Positions 9,022 through 20,100 of a stretch of DNA of 49,817 nt are shown here, piece after piece (position 1 is the first letter of the stretch; each line of letters starts with the position of its first letter). Position numbers and translations under genes: made by a program. The DNA is from Candidatus Eiseniibacteriota bacterium. Lineage in GTDB: Bacteria > Eisenbacteria > RBG-16-71-46 > JABDJR01 > JAWXBZ01. The stretch lies in NCBI GenBank assembly GCA_034440375.1, contig JAWXBZ010000030.1, positions 1 through 49,817 of the forward strand, read 5' to 3'. Below the pieces are notes generated by a model. The model was not told where the DNA came from. It was given only the letters and a program-made list of their open reading frames with translations, and made no database searches.

Positions 9022-10320
9022 GTGACGCAGCCGATCCCGGCCGCGCTTCTCTTCGCCGTGGTCGCGACCCTCGTCTCCGGGTGCGCTCCGAAATCGGAAT
9101 CGCCGGTGGTCCTGCGATTCTGGGGCATGGGGCGGGAAGGCGAAGTCGTGGCCGAACTGGTGCCCGAGTTCGAACGCCGTCATCCGGGAATCCGGATCCA
9201 GGTCCAGCAGCTTCCCTGGTCGGCAGCGCATGAGAAACTCCTGACCGGATACGTCGGGAACTCCATGCCCGATCTCTTTCAGCTCGGCAATACCTGGGTG
9301 TCCGAATTCGCCACGCTGCGCGCGCTTGAACCCCTCGACCAACGGGTGCTGGACTCCCCCGCCGTTGATCCCGCCGCCTTCTTCGCCGGCATCTGGGATA
9401 CGAATGTCATTGACGGCATCTGCTACGGGTTGCCCTGGTATGTCGATACGAGGGTGTTGTTTTACCGGAAGGACCTGTTGACCGCCGCCGGTTACGACAG
9501 CCTGCCCCAGGATTGGGCCACCTGGCGCCGGGCAATGGAATCGATCAAGGCCAACGTCGGACCGGACAAGTTCGTCATTTTCCTGCCGCTCAACGAATGG
9601 AATCCGCTGGCCATCCTGGGCCTGCAGAGCGGATCGCCACTCCTCACCGAACAGGACACGCGCGGTGCCTTCCAGGCGCCGGCCTTCCGCGTCGCATTTG
9701 ATTTCTATCTCGGGCTCTTCCGCGACGGGCTGGCGCCGCCGGTGTCCAACACCGAGATCGCCAACGTCTACCAGGAATTCGCCCGCGGCTATTTCAGCAT
9801 GTACATCACGGGCCCCTGGAACCTGGGCGAATTTCGGCGCCGACTGCCGCCTGAACTTAAGGACTCGTGGGGCACTTCCCCCTTGCCCGGACCGGAAGGG
9901 GCTTCGTCCGGCGTGTCACTGGCGGGCGGATCCAGTCTGGCCATCTCCCGCGAGTGCCCCAACAAGGATGCGGCCTGGACATTCATGGAATACCTGGCCA
10001 GCCCGGACGTGCAGATCAAGTTCTATCACCTGACCGGTGATCTGCCGTCACGAATGGAAGCCTGGAACGACTCCGCGCTGGCGTCGGACGCCAACATGCG
10101 GGCCTTCGGGGAACAGCTTCGCCGCGTCGTTTCAACTCCCAAGGTGCCGGAATGGGAGCAGATCGCCTTCCGACTTCAGGAACGAACCGAACAGGCGGTG
10201 CGCGGGGCGGCCTCAACCGACTCGGTCCTGGCCGGACTGGATCGTGATGTGGCACGACTCCTCGAGAAGCGGCGATGGCTGCTGGAGACTGGCCGCGCCG
10301 GCCCCGGGGAATCCCCATGA
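9022..10320 (+). CDS. Carbohydrate ABC transporter solute-binding lipoprotein (CUT1)
   Basis: Lipobox LVSGC; EFERRHPGIRIQVQQLPW, YGLPWYVDTRVLFYRKDLL, SMYITGPW. Start is GTG 9022 or ATG 8968. Confidence 0.9.
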   Translation: MTQPIPAALLFAVVATLVSGCAPKSESPVVLRFWGMGREGEVVAELVPEFERRHPGIRIQVQQLPWSAAHEKLLTGYVGNSMPDLFQLGNTWVSEFATLRALEPLDQRVLDSPAVDPAAFFAGIWDTNVIDGICYGLPWYVDTRVLFYRKDLLTAAGYDSLPQDWATWRRAMESIKANVGPDKFVIFLPLNEWNPLAILGLQSGSPLLTEQDTRGAFQAPAFRVAFDFYLGLFRDGLAPPVSNTEIANVYQEFARGYFSMYITGPWNLGEFRRRLPPELKDSWGTSPLPGPEGASSGVSLAGGSSLAISRECPNKDAAWTFMEYLASPDVQIKFYHLTGDLPSRMEAWNDSALASDANMRAFGEQLRRVVSTPKVPEWEQIAFRLQERTEQAVRGAASTDSVLAGLDRDVARLLEKRRWLLETGRAGPGESP

Positions 10321-11207
10321 CCAACATTCTCGAGCGGCGGCAACAGCGGGCCGCCTGGCTCTTCCTGGCTCCGGCGCTCCTGATGATCGGCCTGTTCTTT
10401 TTCCTGCCGGTGCTTGCCGGCATGGGACTCAGCCTGACCGACTTCGACGTGTACGCCCTGGGCCGCCCCTCGACCGCCCGTTTTGTCGGGTTCAAGAACT
10501 ACCTGGACATGTTTCAGCACCCGGTGTTCCAGGTGGCGGTCCGCAACACCTTCTACTTCGCCTTCGTCGGCGCGCCCCTGTCGGTGATGGTGTCTCTGGG
10601 CGCCGCGATGCTGCTGCAGTCGAAGGGATTGCGCCTGAAGGGGCTCTTTCGCACGATCTACTTCGCACCGGTCGTCACCACGCTGGTGGCCGTCGCCATC
10701 GTCTGGCGCTACCTCTACCACCCGCGGCACGGGCTCCTCAACCACGGGCTCGGATCGCTTGGCATCGGGCCGATCGACTGGCTCGGAGATCCGGCCTGGT
10801 CCATGCCGGCCATCATCGTCATGGCCGTCTGGAAAAACTTCGGCTACAACATGTTGATCTTTACCGCCGGCCTGCAAACCATTCCCGACGAGCACTATGA
10901 CGCCGCCGCCATCGATGGGGCCGGATTCTGGCAGCGTTTTCGTCATATCACGCTGCCGGGCCTGGGGCCGGTCCTCCTCTTTGTTGCAGTAACAACCATG
11001 ATCGGTTTCTTCCAGCTCTTCTCCGAACCCTACGTCATGACACAGGGTGGGCCGCTTCGCAGCACGACCAGTCTCATCCTGTTCATGTACGAGGAAGGGT
11101 TCCGCTGGTGGCGGATGGGCACCGCGTCCGCGGTGGCGATGCTCCTCTTTCTCCTGACCCTGGGCTTCACGTTGATCCAGCTGCGGCTGTCGCGGGGGCG
11201 GGCATGA
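10317..11207 (+). CDS. Carbohydrate ABC transporter permease (MalF-like)
   Basis: EAA-like loop HYDAAAIDGAGFWQRFRHITLP; FVGFKNY; ATGA overlap with the SBP gene. Confidence 0.93.
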   Translation: MTNILERRQQRAAWLFLAPALLMIGLFFFLPVLAGMGLSLTDFDVYALGRPSTARFVGFKNYLDMFQHPVFQVAVRNTFYFAFVGAPLSVMVSLGAAMLLQSKGLRLKGLFRTIYFAPVVTTLVAVAIVWRYLYHPRHGLLNHGLGSLGIGPIDWLGDPAWSMPAIIVMAVWKNFGYNMLIFTAGLQTIPDEHYDAAAIDGAGFWQRFRHITLPGLGPVLLFVAVTTMIGFFQLFSEPYVMTQGGPLRSTTSLILFMYEEGFRWWRMGTASAVAMLLFLLTLGFTLIQLRLSRGRA

Positions 11208-12028
11208 ACGGCCGATTCATCGGGCGCGCCTTGCTGTACGTCGGGCTGGTCGTAGGCGCCATCCTGACGCTCTTGCCGCTCGTCTGGATGGTTTCGGCCT
11301 CGTTCATGCGCCCCGGGGAAGCCAACACCATTCCACCACCACTTTTCCCGGCGCACCCCACGCTCGAACATTACAAGGCGCTCTTTACACGCATCGACCT
11401 GGCTCGCCATTTCCTGAACAGTACCGTGGTCACCATGGGAGCCACCGTCATCTCGGTGCTGGTCAATTCCATGGCGGCCTACGCCTTCGCCAAGCTGATA
11501 TTTCCGGGTCGTGACAAACTGTTTCGAACCCTGACACTGGCCCTCGTCATTCCGGCGCAGGTGGGCATGCTGCCCCTCTTTTTGCTGCTCCGACAGATGG
11601 GCCTTGTGAACACCTTTCTCGGCGTGATGATCCCATACTTTGCCGGCGTCTTCGGCATTTTCATGGTCCGCCAATACATCATGAGCCTGCCGGACGAACT
11701 CCTGCACGCCGCCCGCATCGACGGCGCCGGCGAATTCCGAATCTTCTGGTCGATCGTCGTTCCGGTCATCACCCCCATCCTCGTAACCCTGGCCGCCTTC
11801 ACCTTCCTCTCCGCCTGGAACGACTTCATGTGGCCCCTGATCATCCTCTCCGACGACCGCCTGTATACGCTTCCCGTGGCCCTGGCGAATCTCTCCGGCG
11901 AACATGTCCAGGACACTGAATTGATGATGGCCGGCTCGGTCCTCACCGTCCTGCCGGCATTGATCGTCTTCCTGATTTTCCAGAGGGCCTATGTCCGCGG
12001 CATCATGGGCGGGAGTGTGAAAGGATGA
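11204..12028 (+). CDS. Carbohydrate ABC transporter permease (MalG-like)
   Basis: LPDELLHAARIDGAGEFRIFWSIVVP, AWNDFMWPLI; ATGA overlap. Confidence 0.93.
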   Translation: MNGRFIGRALLYVGLVVGAILTLLPLVWMVSASFMRPGEANTIPPPLFPAHPTLEHYKALFTRIDLARHFLNSTVVTMGATVISVLVNSMAAYAFAKLIFPGRDKLFRTLTLALVIPAQVGMLPLFLLLRQMGLVNTFLGVMIPYFAGVFGIFMVRQYIMSLPDELLHAARIDGAGEFRIFWSIVVPVITPILVTLAAFTFLSAWNDFMWPLIILSDDRLYTLPVALANLSGEHVQDTELMMAGSVLTVLPALIVFLIFQRAYVRGIMGGSVKG

Positions 12029-15000
12029 GGATTCGCTTCGCGATACGGCACCTCATGGCCTGCTGGATGTTGTGCGCCTTTCCGGCATTCGCCTTGGCCA
12101 TAGAACCACCCATCATGATCGACGACTTCGAGGGTCCGCTCGACTGGGCCGCCTTCCCCGCGGACGGCGTTGAACTCAAACTGAGCCCGGACGCCGGCCT
12201 TCACGGCCGTGCCCTGCGAATGGACTTCAGCTTCACGGGCGGCGGCTACGCCGTGGCACGAAAAAAGGTCGACCTGGATCTCCCCGAGAACTACGCCTTC
12301 ACCTTTCATCTCCGGGCCAATGCGACGGTGAATCACCTGGAGCTCAAGTTCCTGGACGAGAGCGGCGAGAATGTCTGGTGGTACGTTCGGCGGGACTTGA
12401 CGTTTCCCCGCGAATGGCAGCCGTTCCGCACGAAGAAGCGCCAGATCACGTTTGCCTGGGGCCCCACCCCCGGCGAGTTGAAACGGGTCGCCGCCATCGA
12501 AATCGTCGTCACCGCCGGCACCGGAGGCAAGGGCACCGTCTGGATCGATGACTTTCAGTTGCAACCGCTCCCCCCGCCGGGCGCCACGCCACCACCGCCG
12601 GTGGCCACGGCCACCTCCGCATCACGCAAACACCCCGCTGCCCTGGCCTTCGATGGTGATTCGGCAACCGCGTGGCAGCCCGAGCCGGGCGCCTCCCATG
12701 TCCAGATGGTCATCGACTTCGGCCAGCCACGGGAGTTCGGCGGCCTCACGATCGACTGGCTGCCGGGATATCATTCATCCGAATACAAACTATCGGGATC
12801 CGATGATCAGAAATCATGGCGGACACTGGCCGAAGTCCACGGCGGCAACGGTGGCCGTGACTACTTTCTTCTACCCGAATCGGAGTGCCGATACCTGCGC
12901 GTTCAGCTCTTCTCCCTGGGACAGGATCGCAGCGTGTCCACGATCAAGCTGGCAGAGCTGACGCTGAAGCCGATCGAGTTCGGCGCCACTCGGGAAGCCT
13001 TCTTCGGTATCATCGCCCGGGAAGCTCCCCGGGGCAGCTATCCCCGCGCCATGCTCGGCGAGCCGTCCTACTGGACCGTCGTCGGCCCGGACAGTTCGGC
13101 GGACGAGTTGCTGTTCAGCGCGGACGGCATGATCGAGATCGGGAAGCAACTCGGCTCGATCGAACCCTTCCTTGAATTGAACGGGCGCCGCGTCTCCTGG
13201 GCCGACGCCGAGATCACGCAGGATCGGATCGACAACCGCCCGATTCCGCGTGTGATCTGGAACGTGGACGGCGTCCGGCTGACCATCACGACGTTCGATC
13301 ATGGCGACAGTGACGTCTGCGTCCGGTACCGGATTGAGAACACCACGACGCAGCCGGTCGATACCGCCATTCACCTGGCCATCCGCCCCTTCCAGGTCAA
13401 TCCACCGGCGCAGTTTCTCAATTTCCCCGGTGGTACGGCGCATATGGAATCCATCACCCTGGCTCCCATGAAGGAGGGTTCCTCGAATGGGGGTCAGCGC
13501 GGCCCGGCCCTCCTGTTGGCAGACTATCGCCGAATCAATGTTGGCAATGCCACTCTCTCGGCGGCCACCTTTCAACAGGGAGACATCGTCGCGACCTGGC
13601 TGGAGACGGGCCGGCTGCCGGCCACAACGGCGGCCAAGGATCCCACAGGAGCCGCCTCGGGGCTCCTGTCGTATCGCCATAAGACCCTCAAGCCGGGAGA
13701 GCACACGGAGACCGACATCGTCCTGTCGCTCACGCCAGGTCTATCACTCCCTCGCGGTGTCGTCCCGTCCCCCGCTTTCCATTTGTCACCCGACTCCAGC
13801 GCCAGCGAGGCCTTCCAAGCCTGGCAGGACGAAAGCTCCGCCCGCTGGAAGACCCGTATTGGCAATCTCGGCATCACGCTTCCCGAGTCGGCGCAGCCTC
13901 TCCTCGAATCCCTTACCGCCCAACTCGGCTACATCCTGATCAATCGCGCCGGCCCCGCCATTCAGCCCGGCACGCGCGCCTATGCCCGTTCGTGGATTCG
14001 CGATGGATCGCTGACTTCGTCGGCCCTGCTCCGCCTTGGCCACAACGACGTCGTGAAGGAGTTCATCGAGTGGTATGCGCCGCATCAGTACGCCAACGGG
14101 AAGATTCCATGCGTGGTGGACTGGCGCGGAGCGGACCCGGTGCCGGAACATGATTCCAGCGGCGAGTTCATTTTCCTGGTGGCGGAGTACCTTCGCTACA
14201 GTCGGGATCAGGCGCTGGCGGAAAAAATGTGGCCGCGGGTGCTGGCCGCGGCCTCGTACCTTGATTCACTGAGACAGGAGCGGCGTACCGAGGCGTATCG
14301 GCAGCCGGACAGGATTGAATTCTTTGGCCTGATGCCCCCATCCATCAGCCACGAGGGCTACTCGGCAAAGCCGATGCATTCCTACTGGGATGACTCCTTC
14401 GCCTACAAGGGCTTTACGGATGCGGCCTGGTTGGCCAAGGTGTTGGGCCGTCCGGTCGAGGCTAAACGTTGGACGGCTGTCGCCCGGGAGTTTGGGGCGG
14501 ACCTCACCGCCTCGATTGCGGCAACGCAGAAGCGGCACGCGATCGACTTCATCGCGGGCTGTGCCGACCTGGGCGATTTCGATGCCACCTCCACGACGAC
14601 GTTTTTCTCTCCGACCGGAGCCGCGGGGCTCGTGCCGCGTCCGTCGCTGGATGCCACCTTCGAACGGTACTACAAGTTCTTTGCCGATCGCCGGGCCGGC
14701 GCGCCGTGGGAGGCCTTCACGCCTTACGAGGTGCGCAACATCGGAGCCTTCGTGCACCTCGGATGGCGCGATCGGGCCCAGGAGCTGGCCTCATGGTTCC
14801 TGGAGTACCAGAAGCCGGTCGGCTGGCGGCAGTGGCCGGAGGTCGTTTACAGCGACGACACGAAACAGAAATTTCTCGGCGACCTGCCGCACACATGGGT
14901 CGGTTCGGACTTCGTCCGATCGGTTCTCGACATGCTGCTCTACGTGCGGGAGGACGGCCAGGCGCTGGTGATCGGCGCCGGTGTTCCCGGGGCGTGGCTG

Positions 15001-15222
15001 GAGGAGAAACCCGGCGTGGCCGTCGACCGGATGCCGACACCCTGGGGTGCCTTGAGCTATCGGATGTCGCTGGACGCGGCCCGATCCGGGGTCCTGCGCG
15101 TCAACATCGATTACCTTGATGAGATGCCGCCGGCCGGGATCATCGTGCGTGCCCCGGGAACCGCGGACGTGATCGTAACGAAGCTCCCGGCCCGGCTGAC
15201 TATTCCGTTATTGAAGCCGTAG
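12025..15222 (+). CDS. Exported multidomain protein: galactose-binding-like domain + F5/8 type C (discoidin) + predicted (alpha/alpha)6 glycoside-hydrolase domain
   Basis: Signal peptide; IDDFEG...GTVWIDDFQL; ALAFDGDSATAW...IDFGQPREFGGLTIDW; catalytic-like YARSWIRDG, EHDSSGE, SISHEGY, YWDD. Confidence 0.7.
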   Translation: MRIRFAIRHLMACWMLCAFPAFALAIEPPIMIDDFEGPLDWAAFPADGVELKLSPDAGLHGRALRMDFSFTGGGYAVARKKVDLDLPENYAFTFHLRANATVNHLELKFLDESGENVWWYVRRDLTFPREWQPFRTKKRQITFAWGPTPGELKRVAAIEIVVTAGTGGKGTVWIDDFQLQPLPPPGATPPPPVATATSASRKHPAALAFDGDSATAWQPEPGASHVQMVIDFGQPREFGGLTIDWLPGYHSSEYKLSGSDDQKSWRTLAEVHGGNGGRDYFLLPESECRYLRVQLFSLGQDRSVSTIKLAELTLKPIEFGATREAFFGIIAREAPRGSYPRAMLGEPSYWTVVGPDSSADELLFSADGMIEIGKQLGSIEPFLELNGRRVSWADAEITQDRIDNRPIPRVIWNVDGVRLTITTFDHGDSDVCVRYRIENTTTQPVDTAIHLAIRPFQVNPPAQFLNFPGGTAHMESITLAPMKEGSSNGGQRGPALLLADYRRINVGNATLSAATFQQGDIVATWLETGRLPATTAAKDPTGAASGLLSYRHKTLKPGEHTETDIVLSLTPGLSLPRGVVPSPAFHLSPDSSASEAFQAWQDESSARWKTRIGNLGITLPESAQPLLESLTAQLGYILINRAGPAIQPGTRAYARSWIRDGSLTSSALLRLGHNDVVKEFIEWYAPHQYANGKIPCVVDWRGADPVPEHDSSGEFIFLVAEYLRYSRDQALAEKMWPRVLAAASYLDSLRQERRTEAYRQPDRIEFFGLMPPSISHEGYSAKPMHSYWDDSFAYKGFTDAAWLAKVLGRPVEAKRWTAVAREFGADLTASIAATQKRHAIDFIAGCADLGDFDATSTTTFFSPTGAAGLVPRPSLDATFERYYKFFADRRAGAPWEAFTPYEVRNIGAFVHLGWRDRAQELASWFLEYQKPVGWRQWPEVVYSDDTKQKFLGDLPHTWVGSDFVRSVLDMLLYVREDGQALVIGAGVPGAWLEEKPGVAVDRMPTPWGALSYRMSLDAARSGVLRVNIDYLDEMPPAGIIVRAPGTADVIVTKLPARLTIPLLKP

Positions 15223-15228
15223 CGCGGG

Positions 15229-15720
15229 TTAGAACGGAGGCTGCAGTCCGTTACGCTCCAGCAACTCCGGAATCGTTTCCAGCTTCACGTCCAAACGGTA
15301 GCGCGCCCGGATCTCGCCCATCGCCTCGGCGTCACGGGCGTTGAATGGCGTTGCCATCTCAAAAAAATAGTCTTCGAATCCACCCGGGCAGATCAGCTCG
15401 AGAAAGCGGACCGGTTCGGTCCCGGCGTTCCAGAATGTGTGTGGGATGCCGCGCCGCTTGATGACGAGGTCACCGGGTCCCGCTTCGATCACCTCGTCAC
15501 CGACCTGTGCGGTCAGCCGACCGCTCAAGACATACGAGTACTCGTCCTCACGTTCGTGGGTGTGCACCGGTGAGCCGAGCTGACCGGGTGGGAGATCATG
15601 CTCGACCAGCCCGAAGGCACCGCCCGTCGCGCTCGCCCGCATAATGAGTCGGGTTCCCAGCGCTTTTCCGAATCTCACGTGCTCACCGCCCGTCGCGCTC
15701 ACCATTTGCGGTATCGGCAT
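15229..15720 (-). CDS. Cupin-domain protein
   Basis: PVHTHEREDEYSYVLSG and AGPGDLVIKRRGIPHTFWN cupin motifs; ATG 15720 behind GGAGGAG. Confidence 0.88.
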   Translation of the reverse strand: MPIPQMVSATGGEHVRFGKALGTRLIMRASATGGAFGLVEHDLPPGQLGSPVHTHEREDEYSYVLSGRLTAQVGDEVIEAGPGDLVIKRRGIPHTFWNAGTEPVRFLELICPGGFEDYFFEMATPFNARDAEAMGEIRARYRLDVKLETIPELLERNGLQPPF

Positions 15721-15740
15721 GGCTCCTCCCTCAATTCTTA

Positions 15741-17144
15741 TCAGGCCGGTTTTCCCGAGAGACTTAGGGCCACGCCGTTCGTCCTGATGACCTCGCGGTA
15801 TCGATGGGCACTCGCCTTCGGCGTGCGCTTCTGCGTGGCGAAGTTGACGTGGAAGAGGCCGAAGCGCTTGTTGTAGCTGCCCCACTCGAAGTTGTCGAGC
15901 AGTGACCAGGCGAAGTAGCCCCGCAGGTCGACACCCGCGGCGATGGCCGACTGCGCCGCCTTCAAGTGAGCATTGAGATACGAAACCCGGCGCGGGTCGA
16001 TATGTGTCTTTCCGCGCACGGAAGGCGGATCCGGAAACGCCGATCCGTTCTCGGTGACGTACAGGGGGATGTCGCCATAACGTTCCCGGACCCACCCGAG
16101 CACCCTCGTCAAGCTCTCGGGATGTACTTCCCACCCCGTCACCGAGGTGAGTCGTTTTGCCGGCTTGACCGCCTGCCAGGAGAGGGGACGACCCTTCGGA
16201 TGGTCCCGGACCACGCCGCGGGTGTAGTAGTTGATCCCGAGGAAGTCGATCGGTTGTGACATGAGCTTGAAATCCGCTGGCGCGAACTCGGGCCAGGCCT
16301 CGCCGAAAATTTCCGACAGCTCCCCGGGATAGCCGCCCCTCAGAGCGCCGTCGAGGAACCAGCGATTCATGTAGGCATCGGCACGCCGCGTGGCCGCCTG
16401 GTCCCTGCTTCCCCGCGATGCGGCGTACTTTGGCTCGAGATTCACGGCCAGGCCGATCTGCCCCGGCCGGCCGGACGCCCGAAAAGCCTGGACGCCGGCA
16501 CCATGCGCCCGCATCAGATTATGCGCGGCACGCGCCGCCTCGAACGGACTCCGATGGCCCGGCGCGTGGACGCCGAATTGATACCCGGCGTCCATCACCA
16601 CCCAGGGCTCGTTCAACGTCATCCAATGATTGACACGGTCGCCAAGGGCACGATAGACCGTGTCGGCATAGTCGGAAAACCAGCCTTTGATGTCCGGATT
16701 GAGCCAGCCGCCCCGGTCGTCCAGGGCCGCCGGCAGATCCCAGTGGTACAGCGTGACCCAGGGAGCGATGCCGTTTTCGAGCAGGGTGTCGATGAGGCGG
16801 CTGTAGAAGTCCAGACCGGCCGGATTCACCGCGCCACGACCCTCCGGAAGAATTCGGCTCCAGGAGATGCTGAAACGGTAGGCCTTGAGGCCGAGCCATC
16901 GCATCAGCCCGACGTCTTCCGCGAAGCGGCGATAGTGATCGCAGGCCACATCACCCGTCGCGCCCTCTTCCGTCATGCCGGGCGTGTGACAAAAACGATG
17001 CCAGTTGCTGGCTCCAGCGCCATCCGCCAGCGGCGACCCTTCGATCTGGTACGCCGAGGTAGCCGCGCCCCAGAGGAAATCGGCAGGAAAGGTTACGGTC
17101 GCGGGGGATTCCCGGGTGCTTTTGGCCTTCCGCGGACCCGTCAC
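15741..17144 (-). CDS. GH1 beta-glucosidase (cytoplasmic)
   Basis: FLWGAATSAYQIEG, TLYHWDLP, TLNEPW (acid/base), YVTENG (nucleophile), WSLLDNFEW. Confidence 0.97.
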   Translation of the reverse strand: MTGPRKAKSTRESPATVTFPADFLWGAATSAYQIEGSPLADGAGASNWHRFCHTPGMTEEGATGDVACDHYRRFAEDVGLMRWLGLKAYRFSISWSRILPEGRGAVNPAGLDFYSRLIDTLLENGIAPWVTLYHWDLPAALDDRGGWLNPDIKGWFSDYADTVYRALGDRVNHWMTLNEPWVVMDAGYQFGVHAPGHRSPFEAARAAHNLMRAHGAGVQAFRASGRPGQIGLAVNLEPKYAASRGSRDQAATRRADAYMNRWFLDGALRGGYPGELSEIFGEAWPEFAPADFKLMSQPIDFLGINYYTRGVVRDHPKGRPLSWQAVKPAKRLTSVTGWEVHPESLTRVLGWVRERYGDIPLYVTENGSAFPDPPSVRGKTHIDPRRVSYLNAHLKAAQSAIAAGVDLRGYFAWSLLDNFEWGSYNKRFGLFHVNFATQKRTPKASAHRYREVIRTNGVALSLSGKPA

Positions 17145-20100
17145 AGAAGGGCGACGACCGCCACCGGGGCGCCGGTCCTGAGTTCGACTCGATGCGTCTG
17201 GCCGTCATCAACCAGTTGGATGTGGGCGGCACCGTTCACCACCAGGGATGCCACGCCGTCCATCAAGGCCGTCCGAACCCCAAGACCGTTGCCATCCTGG
17301 TTATCCACCTTGATCTCCCACACTGTCGTGCCGCCGGGGCGCCGCCAGCGCAGGGTGAAGCCCGGCCAGTCATCGGGAATGCACGGCTTCAGGTGGAGGG
17401 CCTTCCCGCCGACCAGCGTGAGGCCGAGAATCGATTCGAGGGCCACCCGGTACATCCACCCCGAGGAGCCGGTATACCAGGTCCATCCGCCGCGCCCGAC
17501 ATGGGGCGCCGTGCTGTAGACGTCGGCGGCGACGACATACGGTTCGACCTGGTAGCGGGCCACCTGTTCCGGCGTTACGGAGTGGAGCACCGGATTGAGG
17601 ATGTCCAGCAGTCGTGCCGCCCGGTTGTTCCGCCCCAGTTCCGCCATGGCGCGGACCACCCAGAGCGCCGCGTGGGTGTACTGCCCCCCATTTTCGCGGA
17701 CGCCGGCCACGTAGCCCTTGATGTAGCCGGGATCCTCCGTCGTTCGTTCGAACGGCGGCGTCAGGAGTCGGATTAGACGATCGGGCTCGGAAATCAAGTG
17801 CTCTTCCACCCGGTCCATGGCGTCATGGGCGCGGGCTTCGGGCGCGGCACCCGACAGGACGGCCCAGGCCTGTGCCAGGGCATCGATTCGACATTCGTCA
17901 CTGAGTGTTGAGCCAAGCGGGGCGCCGCTGTCGTAATAGCCCCGTCGATACCAGGCCCCATCCCAGCCCCCGTCGTTGAGCGCCAGACGAAGTTCGTTGC
18001 GGTGCGTCCGGTATCGGGTTGCCCGCGCCTCATCGCCACGCGCCTCGCACAACGGAAGATATTCGCCGAGGACCTGGTACAGAAAGAAACCCATCCATAC
18101 GCTCTCGCCACGTCCCAGGCGACCGACGCGATTCATGCCGTCGTTCCAGTCACCGGTACCGAACAGCGGAAGCCCATGCTCCCCCACCGTCAGCGACCGG
18201 TCGATGGACCGGATGCAGTGCTCGTAGACGCTGCCGCATTCGCCCGAAAGTTCCGGGTGAACAAAGGCTTCGTCTTCATCAATGTCCAGCAGGCGGGCCG
18301 CGAGGTAGCTCACCTCCTTGTCAAGAACGGCGTCATCGCCGGTCGCCGCCACGTACTGGGCCGTGAGTCCCGGCAGCCATAGGAGATCGTCCACGAAGCG
18401 GGTCCGGATGCCGGCACTGCGAGGCGGGTGCCACCAGTGAAGGACATCCCCCTCCAGGAACTGGTGAGCCGCATGTCGAAGAATCTGCTCGCGTGTCAGA
18501 TCGGGCCAAAGGAGCATCAAGGCGGCCGCGTCCTGCAGCTGGTCGCGAAATCCGAACGCGCCTCCCGACTGGTAGAACGCGGTGCGCCCCCAGATTCGGC
18601 AGGCGAGAGTCTGATACGGAAGCCATCCGTTTACCATCAGATCCAGTGCCGGCGACGGCGTTTCGATCTGCACGCCGGCCAGCTCCTCCGTCCAGAAGCG
18701 TCGGACCCTGTCCCAGGTCTCCGAGATTTTTTTGGCGGAATCGTAGCGGCCAATCAGCATCCGGGCTTCCTCACGGGAGGAGGCATCGCCCAGGAGGAAA
18801 GTGACCTCGATGTCGCCGTCCGCGGGAAGATCCACCTCGATGCGATGGGCAAAAGCCGGGTCGAGGCCACTCCCGGTGCGCCCGTCGAGGTCCCCTCCCA
18901 TCTGGACGGCAAGCGGTGCCGCGGTGGACCCGCGCAGCCCGAGGAAGGCCGCGCGATCCGCTGTTGCGGACCGGCCGGTTTCGTGCCGGTTCACCACGAC
19001 GTCCGCGAACGCGATTCGCCCGGCGAAATCACCGCCATTCAAGTTCTCCGCCATGAGGGCACCGGTCTTGCCATCAATGTCGGTTCGCAGGAAACGGCCG
19101 GTTTCCGCGGGTGTGGTGCCAAGGACGAGCCGATAGGCGGCGTACAGTGATAACCGTCGCGGGCGCCCGGATCGGTTGGTGATGTGGAGGCGCGTGAAGC
19201 GGACCGGGTCGTGCCGTGCCACGAAGATCTCGGTGACATGCTCCAGTCCCTCGCCGATCATCGACGCGCGGCTGTACCCGAAGCCATGGCGCATCTCCTG
19301 GTCTACCGGCAGTGGAGCGGGCCCGGGCAGCGGCGACCAGAATCGTCCGGTGTCCTCGTCCCGTACATAGAAGCACTCTCCGGGCGGATCGAGCAGCGGA
19401 TCATTGGACCAGGGAGTCAAGCGGTGCTCGCGGCTATTGCCGCTCCAGGTTGAACCGGCGCCGATCTCGCTGACCAGCAGGCCGAAGTTTTCATTTGCCA
19501 CGACGTTCGTCCAAGGCAGTGGTGGCCGGGTGAATCCCAGCCCCGGCCGCCAGTTGAGGCGCACGACGTACTCACGCCCATCGGCGGAAAATCCACCGAT
19601 GCCATTGTCGAAGCGCAGTTGCTCCAACGGTGGATCGAGGGCGATCGAGGGCGTGGCCGGCGGCACCGGAAGGTGTGCCGCCCCGGGCTTCGGCGCCGAC
19701 AGCGGCGACGGAGGCCGCCCGGACTGGAACAACGCCGGGGACACCGGGATGCTGTTTTCGACCAGCAGTCGGGCTTCCCGGCGAAGAGCCTCTCGCTGGC
19801 GAGGATCCGGATTCAAATGGCGGGGCGCAGAATCGAAAGCGCTGATACCGTCGGCCCGCCCGATAATCACGGCGTCGATCGGCAGGTCGAGTTCCGCCCA
19901 GTAGCGGGCCATCCGGATGAAAGATGTTTCAAGCTCGTCAGCGGTGGCGGGCTCGAATTCTCCGGTTTCATCCAGCAGTGCCAGTGCGCGGCCCGACTCG
20001 ACCCCCAGTTCCACCAGGTCCTCCTGATGAGTGGCGGGAGTGGAAGCGGCATTGCCAATGTCCAGCGCCAGGGACGGCTCACCGTAGAGGACGCCCCCCG

